64,000 nucleotides of DNA from Felis catus. Its lineage: Eukaryota. The translations under genes were made by a program, and so were the position numbers. Shown one piece after another: positions 63,315 through 64,000 of the stretch (position 1 is the stretch's first letter; every line of letters begins with the position of its first letter). The notes below the pieces were generated by a model that did no database searches, was not told where the DNA came from, and saw nothing but the letters and a program-made list of their open reading frames with translations. The DNA lies in NCBI RefSeq assembly GCF_018350175.1, contig NC_058368.1:234734001-234798000 (forward strand), written 5' to 3'.

Positions 63315-64000
63315 AATATACTTGGATTTTATATCAAAATTTCCTTCAGTGTCTCCAAGGAAGCTCAGAAGACAGGGAGGTGGTAGCTAAGCTGCCTGAA
63401 GGACTCCTCCCCTCTGTCCACCTGTGTCGTCGCTGGAGCAGGAGCCCAAGTCACAGCAGCCATGATGCAGGATCATGAGCTGAAAAGAGGGGTGTTTGTT
63501 CAACACCTGCTGCATGCTGTATGTCTCCATACAGCCTCATTTAATCATAGCCCTCCAGTTAACCAAAAACCCTCCAAGGCTGGCATGATGCAATACTCTC
63601 TGTGCAGGTGAACACAGCTACGAGAGGCCTCGTGCGGGAGAAAGTGATAGAGCGGGACTCTGAGACCTGTTCTGCCCACCTCTGAAGCCAATATCCCTTC
63701 TTCTCGAGTGTGGTCTGAGTACCAAGTCCGCATGCAGTGGGGGGGAAGGGTGCAGGGCTGTGCTCCCTGGGGATGAGGGTGATAGAATCAGGGGCCCAGC
63801 GATGACCCCAATGGAGTCTGGGTTTATGGATCCTGACGGAAGACCATGGGTGGTTGATGGTCTGGGTTTATGTCTTGAGACAGAAAGAAGCCAACGTTGG
63901 AAATTCTGTGGACTGTAGGGACCGAAGGTTCATCGCATTCAGAAGGCAGGAAATCAAGCAAAGCGTCCTCCTTCTCACCAGCCTCTGTTAGCGCCTCTCA

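Overview
This is mammalian, not prokaryotic, DNA. About 18 tRNA-derived CanSINEs, including near-intact cat-type copies, place it in Carnivora and most likely Felidae. I can support no host protein-coding gene, RNA gene or CRISPR array. The ORF track is explained by SINEs, simple repeats and chance GC-rich frames; the only recognisable protein is a short LINE-1 ORF2 remnant. The window looks intronic or intergenic. It is GC-rich and carries SINEs, MaLR/MER21/LTR16-type LTRs, L1/L2/MIR remnants, MER112/MER5-like DNA transposons and microsatellites. Between these lie several repeat-free AT-rich islands packed with homeodomain/POU motifs, which are candidate conserved enhancers. The best-supported points of interest are (1) a young, CpG-rich 426-bp gammaretrovirus-like solo LTR with an exact 4-bp TSD and intact promoter signals (50524-50949, minus strand), (2) a four-layer nested insertion at 17.2-19.2 kb containing an LTR I cannot name, and (3) the motif-dense islands at about 48.3, 52.2 and 61.6 kb. 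I found no evidence of a new multi-gene biological system. Repeat family names come from my recall of consensus sequences, not from a database search, and the boundaries of old repeats are approximate.
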